Origin: an uncultured Bacillota bacterium
GTDB taxonomy: Bacteria > Bacillota_I > Bacilli_A > RF39 > UBA660
Reading direction: 5' to 3'
Assembly: GCA_905212975.1 (NCBI GenBank)
Contig: CAJMGO010000007.1
Span: forward strand, 1,699 to 65,698
Length of the DNA stretch: 64,000 nucleotides
How positions within the stretch are numbered: position 1 is the first letter of the stretch; the number at the start of each line of letters is the position of its first letter. The notes under the pieces are model-generated. The model saw only the letters and a list, made by a program, of their open reading frames with translations, ran no database searches and was not told where the DNA came from. The translations under genes were made by a program, and so were the position numbers. Below are positions 21,133 to 32,437 of this stretch, piece after piece.

Positions 21133-21882
21133 ATGTTTTGTACAAAATGTGGTACTAAGAATAATGATGGTGCAAAATTTTGCATTAAATGTGGAGAAAG
21201 ATTTAATATGGTTGTTTCAAATAAAAAGAAAGATAAAGAAAATTTATTTGTTAGTTATTTTAAAAACTTATTTAAATTTGTGACTAAACCAGCAACGTTT
21301 TTAAATGAAAAGAATAAGCTAGAAGATACAGGAAAATCATTTGTATATGCTGGAATAAGTACAGGAATGATGGTTGTTGTTAATATTTTAATTAAACTTA
21401 TATATGCGGGTATATATTCTGTAAAATTAAGTACAGCATTATATAAAGTAAATTTTGTTAAATATTTAAGTTTTCCTAAATTGATATTTTTAAATTTAAG
21501 TATATATGCTGCTATGATATTTGGTATTGCTGGAATTTTGACATTAGCAGGAGTAATTATAAAGAAAAAAGTTAAGTATACTAAAATGCTTAGTTTAGTT
21601 TCTTTAGCAATTATACCTTATGCTATAGGTGCTATAATTTTTTATACATTGTTCTCGACATTTAGTACTTTTTTAGCTTTATTTGCTGGAGCAATTGGAT
21701 TAATTTATACATTAATATTATTAGTATCTATGATTAATAAAGAATTTGAATTAAAGGATAATAAAAAAATATATGTTAATGCAATAATATTTATTGTTTT
21801 ATCTTTTTTCATTATTTTATATGTATATCTTGTATTGTATAAAGGCGTAAGCATTACATACAAATCTGATTTAAAAGCTTAA
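21133..21882 (+). CDS. Zinc-ribbon domain membrane protein (N-terminal CxxC...CxxC, about 5 TM helices)
   Basis: MFCTKCGTKNNDGAKFCIKCGERF zinc ribbon followed by a hydrophobic Yip1-like region. RBS AGGAGG. Confidence 0.65.
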   Translation: MFCTKCGTKNNDGAKFCIKCGERFNMVVSNKKKDKENLFVSYFKNLFKFVTKPATFLNEKNKLEDTGKSFVYAGISTGMMVVVNILIKLIYAGIYSVKLSTALYKVNFVKYLSFPKLIFLNLSIYAAMIFGIAGILTLAGVIIKKKVKYTKMLSLVSLAIIPYAIGAIIFYTLFSTFSTFLALFAGAIGLIYTLILLVSMINKEFELKDNKKIYVNAIIFIVLSFFIILYVYLVLYKGVSITYKSDLKA

Positions 21883-22011
21883 AAATATTTAAAATTATTT
21901 GAATAAGGCATGTAAAGCCTTATTTTTTAATGGCTAAACGTTAAAAATTGTTGCATATTATGTAATTTAGTGATACAATACGAATAGTGTCGAAGAAGGG
22001 AGGGATTATCG

Positions 22012-22218
22012 ATGGCTACAGTAGTTGTTAAAAACGGAAATGTAGATAGTGCCTTAAGAATTTTAAAACAAAGAAATGCAAAAGATGGTCACTCTAAAAA
22101 AATACGTGAAAGACAAGAAGGTTTCTTAAAACCAGGTGTAAAAAGAAGATTAGAAAAAGCTGAGAATACAAAAAACAGTAGAAAAAGAAATAGAGAAAAA
22201 AATAGAGAAAGATATTAA
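22012..22218 (+). CDS. rpsU: 30S ribosomal protein S21
   Basis: 68 aa. Basic C-terminus and a KPGVKRR motif. It is followed by yqeY as in Bacillus. Confidence 0.85.
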   Translation: MATVVVKNGNVDSALRILKQRNAKDGHSKKIRERQEGFLKPGVKRRLEKAENTKNSRKRNREKNRERY

Positions 22219-22255
22219 AAGCCATTTAGGCTTTTTATTTTAAGGAGATGCTAAT

Positions 22256-22699
22256 ATGAGAGAAAGAATTTTAAATGATATTAAAGAAGCAATGAAAGCT
22301 CAAGACAAGGAACTATTGAGTGTAATTCGTATGGTTAAAGGTGCAATGCAACTTGAAGAGATTAACTTAAAAAGAGAATTAAATGATGATGAAGTAATAT
22401 CAGTTATTCAAAAACAAATTAAAACACGAAAAGAATCAATTGAGGAATTTAAAAAAGCTAATAGAACTGATTTAGTTGAAAAAACTTCAAAAGAAGTTGA
22501 AATTTTAAATAAATATATGCCTGAACAGTTATCAGTTGAAGAGGTTAATAAAATAATTGATGAAGCTTTTGAATTAATTAAGCCAACAAGTATGAAGGAT
22601 ATGGGAAAAATAATGTCAGAAATTAATCCAAAAATTAAAGGTAAAGCTGATATGTCTTATGTTAGTTCTACAATAAAAGAAAAATTAAATAATATGTAA
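22256..22699 (+). CDS. yqeY: GatB/YqeY domain protein
   Basis: 147 aa. Conserved rpsU-yqeY synteny. YqeY-like sequence. Confidence 0.75.
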   Translation: MRERILNDIKEAMKAQDKELLSVIRMVKGAMQLEEINLKRELNDDEVISVIQKQIKTRKESIEEFKKANRTDLVEKTSKEVEILNKYMPEQLSVEEVNKIIDEAFELIKPTSMKDMGKIMSEINPKIKGKADMSYVSSTIKEKLNNM

Positions 22700-22751
22700 A
22701 AAACGACATGATATTCATGTTGTTTTTTTTATAATCATACTTGGTGATATT

Positions 22752-23540
22752 ATGAAACTATATCTTGATTTGTTATTTTTTTTGAATTTTAGTTTTGATT
22801 CTATTTTATTGTTTGCTACTTCATATATATTAAAGAGAAATACCTCTATAAAAAGGATTTTACTTGGTGGTATAGTAGGTGGATTGAGTATATTTATTCT
22901 ATTTTTTAGAATGAATTCTATTATGTTATTTTTTATTAAAATATTTATTAGCATATTAATGTGTTTAACTTCTTTTTCATATAAGAATTTGAAATATACA
23001 TTAAAAAATTTAATTTTCTTATATATGACAAGTATATTTTTAGGAGGGGCTCTATATCTTTTAAATATAAAATTTTCATATAAACAGAAAGGTTTGATTT
23101 TTTATCACAATCCTTTTTCTATAAATTGGATAGTTTTAATCATAATTACTCCTATAATTATATATATTTATATAAAGCAATTAAAATCTTTAAAAAGTGA
23201 TTACTCTAATTATTATAAAGTTGAGCTTGTTCTTAAAAATAAACTTAAATTAAAATATATAGGATTTTTAGATACAGGTAATAAACTAAAGGATCCATAC
23301 TTAAATAGATCTATAATAATTGTTGATGAGACTAAATTAAAAAATCTTACAATTGATAATTATTTGTTTGTACCAATAAATACAGTTTCAGGAAAAAGCT
23401 ATATAAAATGTATTCCTATAAAAGAAATTTATATAAATAATAAAAGAGTAAATAAAAAAGTTTTGCTTGGAATCAGTAAAAAGAAAATAAATATGGATGG
23501 TATTGATTGTATTTTGAATTCAAAAATATTGGAGGGATAA
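22752..23540 (+). CDS. spoIIGA: Sigma-E processing peptidase SpoIIGA
   Basis: Polytopic N-terminus and a GFLDTGN aspartic-protease motif. Directly upstream of sigE. Confidence 0.85.
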   Translation: MKLYLDLLFFLNFSFDSILLFATSYILKRNTSIKRILLGGIVGGLSIFILFFRMNSIMLFFIKIFISILMCLTSFSYKNLKYTLKNLIFLYMTSIFLGGALYLLNIKFSYKQKGLIFYHNPFSINWIVLIIITPIIIYIYIKQLKSLKSDYSNYYKVELVLKNKLKLKYIGFLDTGNKLKDPYLNRSIIIVDETKLKNLTIDNYLFVPINTVSGKSYIKCIPIKEIYINNKRVNKKVLLGISKKKINMDGIDCILNSKILEG

Positions 23541-23541
23541 T

Positions 23542-24225
23542 ATGTTAAAAAAAATAATTAATTGGATATTAAGTGTATTTGATAATAATATTTATTTTGT
23601 TGGAGCTGTAGATAAGTTGCCACCACCACTTTCAAAAGAAGAAGAAACTCGCCTTGTACTGTTAAGTCAGGATGGAGATTTGATGGCTAGAAATAAACTA
23701 ATAGAACATAATTTACGACTTGTTGTATTTTTATCTAAAAAATATGAAAATACCGGCTTAGAATTAGAGGATTTAGTTAGTATAGGCACTCTTGGTCTTA
23801 TTAAAGCTGTAAAGACATATAGACTTGATAAAAATATTAAATTAGCAACATATGCATCTAGGTGTATAGAAAATGAGATATTAATGGATTTAAGAAAAAA
23901 TAAAAAAAGAAGAAGTGAAATAAGCTTGGAGGATAGTTTAAGTTATGACTCTGAAGGAAATGAATTAAGACTAGAAGATATTTTAGGTACTGAAGATGAT
24001 ATTGTTACTAAAAATATTGAACAAGAACAAGAAAAAAAATTATTGATAAAAGAGATAAATGATTTGAATGAAAGAGATAGAAAAATAATGATAATGAGAT
24101 ATGGTTTATTTAATACAAAAGAAGTTACACAAAAAGATGTAGCTGAAATGCTTGGAATAAGTCAATCTTATATTTCTAGAATAGAAAAAAAAGTTATAAA
24201 AAAACTAAAAGAGGTTATAAAATAA
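23542..24225 (+). CDS. sigE: RNA polymerase sporulation sigma factor SigE (pro-sigma-E)
   Basis: Pro-sequence YFVGAVDKLPPPLS. Sigma-70 regions 2 and 4. Position after spoIIGA. Confidence 0.9.
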   Translation: MLKKIINWILSVFDNNIYFVGAVDKLPPPLSKEEETRLVLLSQDGDLMARNKLIEHNLRLVVFLSKKYENTGLELEDLVSIGTLGLIKAVKTYRLDKNIKLATYASRCIENEILMDLRKNKKRRSEISLEDSLSYDSEGNELRLEDILGTEDDIVTKNIEQEQEKKLLIKEINDLNERDRKIMIMRYGLFNTKEVTQKDVAEMLGISQSYISRIEKKVIKKLKEVIK

Positions 24226-24302
24226 TCTTTTTTTCTTTTTTTGTATTGAATTGAATTGAAAAAAATGTTATATTATTGATGAAAAATAGGAGGATTTGAA
24301 AT

Positions 24303-25385
24303 ATGAAATGTTTAAAATGTGGTATGGAAAACAAAGAAGAAAGCAAATTTTGTTTAAATTGCGGTAATAATTTGGAACAACAATCTCAACAACAAAATAT
24401 GCAACAACCTGTACAACCACAACAAATGGTAAATCAACCAATGTATACTCAACCAGCATATAATCAACAACCTAAGAAAAGTAATAAAGGATTAATAATA
24501 GGATTATCAGTAGGTGGTGGAGTTTTATTATTAATAATAATTGTTGTAGTGATTGTATTTAATTTTATTCATGGCACAAAGAAAGCTTTGGATAATATTG
24601 AAGTAGATGATAATATAACAATTAATGGTAATAATGATAAAAAAGATACTAAAAATGATACTAAAAATGATAAAAAAACATCTGCTTATTCTATAGGAGA
24701 TCCAGTTACTTTAGTAGATGGAAGTAAATGGCATGTATTAGAATATGATGGTAAAGATAACATTACATTAATGCTAGATGAATTAGTAGTCGAAGAAACT
24801 GGATACGGTAAAAGTGCAGCTGCTGAAGATCAAAAATATGAGAATTCTTTAGTAAAAGACTACTTAGAAAATACATATAAACCAAAACTTGAAAAATCAC
24901 TAAAAGAAAATGGAGGAACAGTTAAAAATTTAACTGTAAGAACTTTAAAAGCTGAGGAATTTGTTGAAAAAAGTGGTGAAAGCTGGGGTGAAAAATGTTA
25001 CTTTGATGTAACAGCTTTTGGATCCATACGATACTATATTGAAAATGGAAAATTTAAAGAATATTATGTATATGAGGGATCAAAAAAATTAACAGATCAG
25101 GATAAATTTGTTTCAACACTTGCATTAACTGGAAATTTTTGGACAATGTCTAATATTGATGAAAGAACAAATGATGATTGTGAAGTAGCCTCAGAGAACC
25201 ATGGAGCATACTATATTAAAATTTCAAGTACTGAATATGATGGTAATTCATTTTGGTCTGATGCAAGATTATCAATAGATTGGGAAGCTTATTATACATC
25301 TAGTGGTGGTAAGGTTGGAAATAGTGGTACTTCTGCAGGTATTCGCCCTGTTATAGAAACGTCTATTAAAAATATTAAGAAATAA
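24303..25385 (+). CDS. Zinc-ribbon domain protein with a Gln-rich linker, one TM helix and an extracellular domain
   Basis: MKCLKCGMENKEESKFCLNCGNNL, then a Q-rich segment, then TM (LIIGLSVGGGVLLLIIIVVVIVF), then about 250 aa of extracytoplasmic sequence. Confidence 0.6.
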   Translation: MKCLKCGMENKEESKFCLNCGNNLEQQSQQQNMQQPVQPQQMVNQPMYTQPAYNQQPKKSNKGLIIGLSVGGGVLLLIIIVVVIVFNFIHGTKKALDNIEVDDNITINGNNDKKDTKNDTKNDKKTSAYSIGDPVTLVDGSKWHVLEYDGKDNITLMLDELVVEETGYGKSAAAEDQKYENSLVKDYLENTYKPKLEKSLKENGGTVKNLTVRTLKAEEFVEKSGESWGEKCYFDVTAFGSIRYYIENGKFKEYYVYEGSKKLTDQDKFVSTLALTGNFWTMSNIDERTNDDCEVASENHGAYYIKISSTEYDGNSFWSDARLSIDWEAYYTSSGGKVGNSGTSAGIRPVIETSIKNIKK

Positions 25386-25470
25386 GTTATTTGAAAAAAT
25401 AACTTTTTTTGTATATATAGAATAATTGTACACAATATATAATATATTTAAATGAATTAGCACTTAACTA

Positions 25471-25499
25471 TTGACAATGCCAAAATAATAGCATATAAT
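25471..25499 (+). promoter_or_regulatory. Sigma-A promoter TTGACA-17-TATAAT for the hrcA operon
   Basis: Perfect consensus hexamers with a 17-nt spacer. Confidence 0.7.
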
Positions 25500-25503
25500 T
25501 ATT

Positions 25504-25530
25504 TTAGCACTAGGAAATAGATAGTGCTAA
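25504..25530 (+). promoter_or_regulatory. CIRCE operator (TTAGCACTA-N9-TAGTGCTAA), the HrcA binding site
   Basis: Matches the CIRCE consensus TTAGCACTC-N9-GAGTGCTAA at 16 of 18 positions. Located between the promoter and hrcA. Confidence 0.85.
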
Positions 25531-25541
25531 AGAGGTGATTT

Positions 25542-26546
25542 ATGATCAACGAAAGACAAAGAGAAATTTTAAAACTTATTATTGAAGAATATATTAAAAC
25601 AGCAAAACCTGTAAGTTCTAAAGCTTTAATGGATACTTTAAATTGTTCGAGTGCAACAATAAGAAGTGAAATGAATTATTTAGAAGAAATTGGCTTGCTT
25701 GAGAAAACTCATATTTCATCTGGAAGGGTTCCAAGTGAAGAAGGATACAGATATTATGTAAATAATATAATGGTTCCAAAAGAGTTAAATGGTGATGATA
25801 TATTAAAACTTCAAACTATTTTTAAAAATAATTCGTTAGTATTAAGTGATGCAATTGTAAAAAGTCTTGAGATTGTTTCACAACTAACTAATTGTACTCT
25901 TATAGCATTAGGTGAGTCTTCAAAGCAAAACAAAGTTAGTAAAGTTGAAGTAATACCTGTAAATGAGAATAATGTTGTAGCAATTATAGTTACTGATAAG
26001 GGACATGTTGAAAATAGAAATGTTTATATAGAAGAAAAAATTTCTCCGTTAGAAATAAAACAAACAGTAGATTTAATAAATAAATATGTTGTTGGTACTC
26101 CACTTGATGAGGTTAATGCAAAGCTTGAATTTGAAGTTAAACCTGTAATTGGAGAAAATGTAAATTACCAAAGAAAATTATTTGATGCTTTTTGTAATTT
26201 TGTTAATGATGTCGCACATGATTCTAGTTATAAAGTAACTGGTGCTTCTAATATTTTGAAGCAGCCTGAATTTGATGATACAAGTAAAATAAGAGATATT
26301 TTAAGCAAATTTGAAGATAAAGAATTTATTAAAAGAATTAAAGCTGATAATAATGAGGTTAGTGTATATATAGGAAGTGAAACAGAATTTGATGATAATG
26401 TTTCGATTATAAAAACTAAATATTCTATTGATGGCGAAGAGGGAACTATTGCTTTAATAGGTCCTACAAGAATGGAATATGATAAAGTTACTACCTTACT
26501 TAATTACATAAAAGAAGAAATAGAACATATTGATAATAAGCAATAG
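25542..26546 (+). CDS. hrcA: Heat-inducible transcription repressor HrcA
   Basis: 334 aa. Winged-helix N-terminus. Position upstream of grpE-dnaK. Confidence 0.9.
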   Translation: MINERQREILKLIIEEYIKTAKPVSSKALMDTLNCSSATIRSEMNYLEEIGLLEKTHISSGRVPSEEGYRYYVNNIMVPKELNGDDILKLQTIFKNNSLVLSDAIVKSLEIVSQLTNCTLIALGESSKQNKVSKVEVIPVNENNVVAIIVTDKGHVENRNVYIEEKISPLEIKQTVDLINKYVVGTPLDEVNAKLEFEVKPVIGENVNYQRKLFDAFCNFVNDVAHDSSYKVTGASNILKQPEFDDTSKIRDILSKFEDKEFIKRIKADNNEVSVYIGSETEFDDNVSIIKTKYSIDGEEGTIALIGPTRMEYDKVTTLLNYIKEEIEHIDNKQ

Positions 26547-26555
26547 GAGGTAAAC

Positions 26556-27203
26556 ATGGAAGAAAAAGAAAAAAATTGTGCTTGTGAAAAAGATACATGT
26601 AAGTGTGAAAATGAATGCAAATGTGATGATAATTGCAATTGCAATAATACATGCAAGTGCGATGATGAATGTTGTAAAGAGAATTATGAACAACATGAAT
26701 GTAATAATGGTTGCAGTATAAAAGACCATGAAAAAAAGAAAAAGAAACATGATAAACATGAAGATAAATTAAATGAAGCTTTTAATAAAATAAGTGAACT
26801 TGAAGATAAACTTTTAAGAGAAAAAGCTGAAAGTGCAAATTATAGAAAAAGAAAAGAAGAAGAGGTTGCAAAATTACTTAAGTACTCTAGTGAGGATATT
26901 GTTAAAGAAATTTTACCAATAGCTGATAATTTTGAAAGAGCACTTAGTATGAGTGAAAATCAAGATGATGAATTTTTTAAAGGATTTAAGATGATATATT
27001 GTAATCTTATTTCTGTATTAGAAAAGAATCAAGTAAAGGCAATAGATGGCAATAATAAACCATTTGATCCAACTTATCATGAAGCTGTTTTAACAGAACA
27101 TAAAGATGGTGTTAAAGAGGGAATGGTTTTAGAAGTTATGCAAAAAGGTTATCTATTGAAAGATAAAGTTATTAGACCAGCAATGGTTAAGGTTAGTATT
27201 TAG
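26556..27203 (+). CDS. grpE: Nucleotide exchange factor GrpE with an unusual Cys-rich N-terminal extension
   Basis: The C-terminal 150 aa are canonical GrpE. The N-terminal about 55 aa contain 13 Cys in CxC/CxxxC repeats. RBS GGAGG lies 6 nt upstream of the ATG. Confidence 0.88.
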   Translation: MEEKEKNCACEKDTCKCENECKCDDNCNCNNTCKCDDECCKENYEQHECNNGCSIKDHEKKKKKHDKHEDKLNEAFNKISELEDKLLREKAESANYRKRKEEEVAKLLKYSSEDIVKEILPIADNFERALSMSENQDDEFFKGFKMIYCNLISVLEKNQVKAIDGNNKPFDPTYHEAVLTEHKDGVKEGMVLEVMQKGYLLKDKVIRPAMVKVSI

Positions 27204-29045
<1,842 letters not shown>

Positions 29046-29102
29046 TAATTAAGGTAGTGAAGTTCTAGTTTTCTAGAACTTTGCCTTTTATAAAGGAGAA
29101 AT

Positions 29103-30881
29103 ATGGAAAAGAATAAAATTGATAATAAATATAAGTGGGATTTAACTAAAATTATTAAAGATGATAATGAATTTGATAAAGTATATAATGAAGTTTTAGA
29201 ATTAGGTAAAAGTTTAAGTGAATATAAAGGCAAAATAGCTTTAAATAAAGATAATTTTAAATCATTTTTAGAACTAGATGAAAAATTAGATAGGTTATTT
29301 ACTAAACTTTATATATATGCTAATTTATATTGTGATTTAGATACTACAAATGAACATGGTAAAGTTTTAAAATTTAAAGTTGAAAAATTATCTGAAAAGG
29401 TAAATGATTATACTGTATTTGTTACTCCAGAATTATTAAGTAATGATATAGATGTATATTTTAAGTTTATTGAAGAGGATAAATCTTTAGAAAAATATAG
29501 ATTTGAAATAGAGCAAATATTTAGATATAAAAAACATACTTTATCTATTGAGGAAGAAAATATCATAAATCAATCAAGTAATGCTTTAGGTGTTGGTAGT
29601 GAAGTATTTTATAATTTAGATAATTCTGATATAAGACTTGGTAATATTATTTGTGATGGAAAAGAAGTAGAGCTTACTAATAGTAATTATATTAAATTTT
29701 TAAGTAATAAAGATAGAAATGTAAGAATACAAGCTTTTCAAAAATTATATGAATACTTTGCTAATCATAAAAATACATTAGCTGCTTGTTTAAAAGGTAA
29801 TGTTAAAGAAAATTGGTATATAAGTAAGGTAAGAGGATATAAAAGTCCTTTAAGTCAAAGTTTATATGCTGATTCTATAGATGAAAGTGTATATACTAAT
29901 TTAATTGATACTGTACATAAAAATTTAAATCTTATTTATGATTTTATGGAGGTAAGAAGAAAAGCTCTTAATTTAGATGAGTTACACATGTATGATATAT
30001 TTGTAAATTTATCTGATGGTATTGATAAAGATATTCCATTTGAAGAAGGTAAGAAAATAGTGTTGGAAGCATTAAAACCTCTTGGAGACAAATATATTAA
30101 TGATTTAAGTCAAGCTTTTACTAATAATTGGATTGATGTATATCCTGCTCGTGGTAAAAAATCTGGAGCTTATCAATGGGGATGTTATGACACAACTCCA
30201 TACGTGCTTTTGAATTATGAGAATACTGTTGATGATGTAAGTACTATGGCTCATGAATTAGGTCATGCTATGCATTCTTATTATTCAAATGAAAATCAAG
30301 ATTATATTTATTCTAATTATCCTATTTTTCTAGCCGAAATTGCTTCTACTGTAAATGAAATATTATTAAATGAATATTTGTATAGAAATGCAACAAGTAG
30401 GGAAGACAAAATTACTTATTTAGTAGATTTTCTAGATAAGGTAAGAACGACTATTGTAAGGCAAACTATGTTTGCTGAATTTGAAAAAATAATACATGAA
30501 AAAGAAAATGAAGGAGTTCCTTTAACGTCAGAAAAATTATGTAATATTTATTATGATTTAAATAAACTATATTTTGGACCAAATGTTGTAAGCGACGAAG
30601 AAATAAAATATGAATGGTCTAGAATACCTCATTTTTATACTTCATTTTATGTATATAAATACGCAACTGGATTATCTAGTGCTATAGCTTTAGCTTCAAA
30701 TATTTTAGATAATAAACCAAATGCTAAAGAAGCTTATTTAGAATTTTTATCTAGTGGTGGTAAAGACTATCCATTAAATATTTTAAAAAAAGCTGGAGTA
30801 GATATGACTAATCCAGAATCTATACAAATATCATTTGATTTGTTTAGTAAAAAGTTAGAAGAATTGAAAACTTTATTATAA
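29103..30881 (+). CDS. pepF: Oligoendopeptidase F (M3B family)
   Basis: 592 aa. HELGHAMH zinc motif. Typical PepF length. Confidence 0.8.
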   Translation: MEKNKIDNKYKWDLTKIIKDDNEFDKVYNEVLELGKSLSEYKGKIALNKDNFKSFLELDEKLDRLFTKLYIYANLYCDLDTTNEHGKVLKFKVEKLSEKVNDYTVFVTPELLSNDIDVYFKFIEEDKSLEKYRFEIEQIFRYKKHTLSIEEENIINQSSNALGVGSEVFYNLDNSDIRLGNIICDGKEVELTNSNYIKFLSNKDRNVRIQAFQKLYEYFANHKNTLAACLKGNVKENWYISKVRGYKSPLSQSLYADSIDESVYTNLIDTVHKNLNLIYDFMEVRRKALNLDELHMYDIFVNLSDGIDKDIPFEEGKKIVLEALKPLGDKYINDLSQAFTNNWIDVYPARGKKSGAYQWGCYDTTPYVLLNYENTVDDVSTMAHELGHAMHSYYSNENQDYIYSNYPIFLAEIASTVNEILLNEYLYRNATSREDKITYLVDFLDKVRTTIVRQTMFAEFEKIIHEKENEGVPLTSEKLCNIYYDLNKLYFGPNVVSDEEIKYEWSRIPHFYTSFYVYKYATGLSSAIALASNILDNKPNAKEAYLEFLSSGGKDYPLNILKKAGVDMTNPESIQISFDLFSKKLEELKTLL

Positions 30882-30900
30882 GAAGTAAAGGAGTATATTT

Positions 30901-32016
30901 ATGGAAAAAAGAGATTATTATGAGGTCTTAGGCGTTGCTAAAACAGCAAGTCAAGATGAAATAAAATCAGCATTTAGAAAATTAGCAAAAAAATATCACC
31001 CTGATGTTTCAAAGGAACCAAATGCTGCTGAAAAATTTAAAGAAGCACAAGAAGCATATGCAGTATTATCTGACGAAGATAAGAGAAAACAATATGATCA
31101 ATATGGTCATGCTGCTTTTGATCAAATGAATGGAGCTCAAGGCGGTTATGATTTTTCTGGATTTGATTTTTCAGATATCTTTGATGATTTATTTGGTGGT
31201 GGATTTGGATTTTCTGGTTTTGGAGGTGGATCTAGATCAACAAGATCTAATTCCAGACAAAAAGGAAATGATTCTCTATTACATATGAATTTGACATTTG
31301 AAGAAGCTGTATTTGGATGTAAAAAAACAATTAATGTTGACATTGATGAAAAATGTGATGCTTGTGATGGATTAGGTGGACATGGAAAAAGTACATGTAA
31401 AACATGTCATGGAAGTGGCACTGTATCAAGACAACAATCAACTTTATTTGGTACATTTATGACAAAAACAACTTGTCCTGATTGTAAAGGTACTGGTTAT
31501 ACATTTGATACAAAATGTAGTAAATGTTCTGGTAAAGGAAGAAAAAGAGTTAATAAAAATCTTGATGTAAAAATACCTGCTGGTATAGATACTGGAAATA
31601 GATTAAGACTTGCAGGAAAAGGAGAAGCTGGTGTTAATGGTGGACCTAATGGTGATATTTATATTGAATTTAATGTAAAAGATCATCCTATTTACAAAAG
31701 AGATGATAAAGATATTTATTTAACTTTACCAATAACTATAACAGATGCAGTGTTGGGTGCTAAAAGAGATGTACCAACACTTGATGGTAGTGTTAAGTTA
31801 TCTATTCCAGAAGGATGCAAAACAGGAGATAAATTAAGAATAAAAGGAAAAGGTATTGAAGATGTCCAAGGTGGTAGACGTGGAGATATGTATGTTGTCC
31901 TTGAAATACAAGTACCAAAAAAATTATCTCGTGATCAAAAGAAATTGTTTGATGAATTATCTAAAACAGATTTAGAAGATTCAAGAGAATTTAAAAAAAT
32001 TAAAGAGTATTTATAA
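30901..32016 (+). CDS. dnaJ: Molecular chaperone DnaJ
   Basis: J domain (HPD), G/F-rich region, and four CxxCxGxG zinc-finger repeats. Confidence 0.95.
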   Translation: MEKRDYYEVLGVAKTASQDEIKSAFRKLAKKYHPDVSKEPNAAEKFKEAQEAYAVLSDEDKRKQYDQYGHAAFDQMNGAQGGYDFSGFDFSDIFDDLFGGGFGFSGFGGGSRSTRSNSRQKGNDSLLHMNLTFEEAVFGCKKTINVDIDEKCDACDGLGGHGKSTCKTCHGSGTVSRQQSTLFGTFMTKTTCPDCKGTGYTFDTKCSKCSGKGRKRVNKNLDVKIPAGIDTGNRLRLAGKGEAGVNGGPNGDIYIEFNVKDHPIYKRDDKDIYLTLPITITDAVLGAKRDVPTLDGSVKLSIPEGCKTGDKLRIKGKGIEDVQGGRRGDMYVVLEIQVPKKLSRDQKKLFDELSKTDLEDSREFKKIKEYL

Positions 32017-32169
32017 TATTCTTTTTTTGTTATATTTAATAATATAGAATTTAATAATTTGTATAATGAATTATTATTTTTTGATATTTTTTTGATGTAT
32101 ATTTAAATTATTTGTCATTTGTTTAATTATTTTAATTGTGATATTCTTTCTAAGAAGGGAGATGAGTGT

Positions 32170-32343
32170 ATGTCAAAAATATTATATGGAACACAATTAG
32201 AAAAATTTAAAGAAAGGTTTTTTAGAGGTGAAAATGATATTTTCAGCATTATATTATCAATAGATTCCAATATAGTACATTGTTATATTAATGGAGAAAG
32301 GAAAATTGATTTTGATATAAAAGAAGTAGAATCATATTTATAA
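32170..32343 (+). CDS. Small hypothetical protein (57 aa)
   Basis: ORF with a GGGAG RBS and no known motif. The ORF track extends it upstream to 32119. Confidence 0.35.
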   Translation: MSKILYGTQLEKFKERFFRGENDIFSIILSIDSNIVHCYINGERKIDFDIKEVESYL

Positions 32344-32437
32344 TTTATTTTAAAGGTATATATAATTATATACCTTTTTTGATTGATAAAAATTTATTAA
32401 TGTGGTATTATTCTATTGTTAGAAAAGAAGTGATATT

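Noticed and set aside
26496-26759. Minus-strand 87-aa ORF overlapping the hrcA end and grpE start
   Set aside because: It is antisense to two well-supported genes. Its hydrophobic poly-F/I composition is typical of AT-rich frame artefacts.
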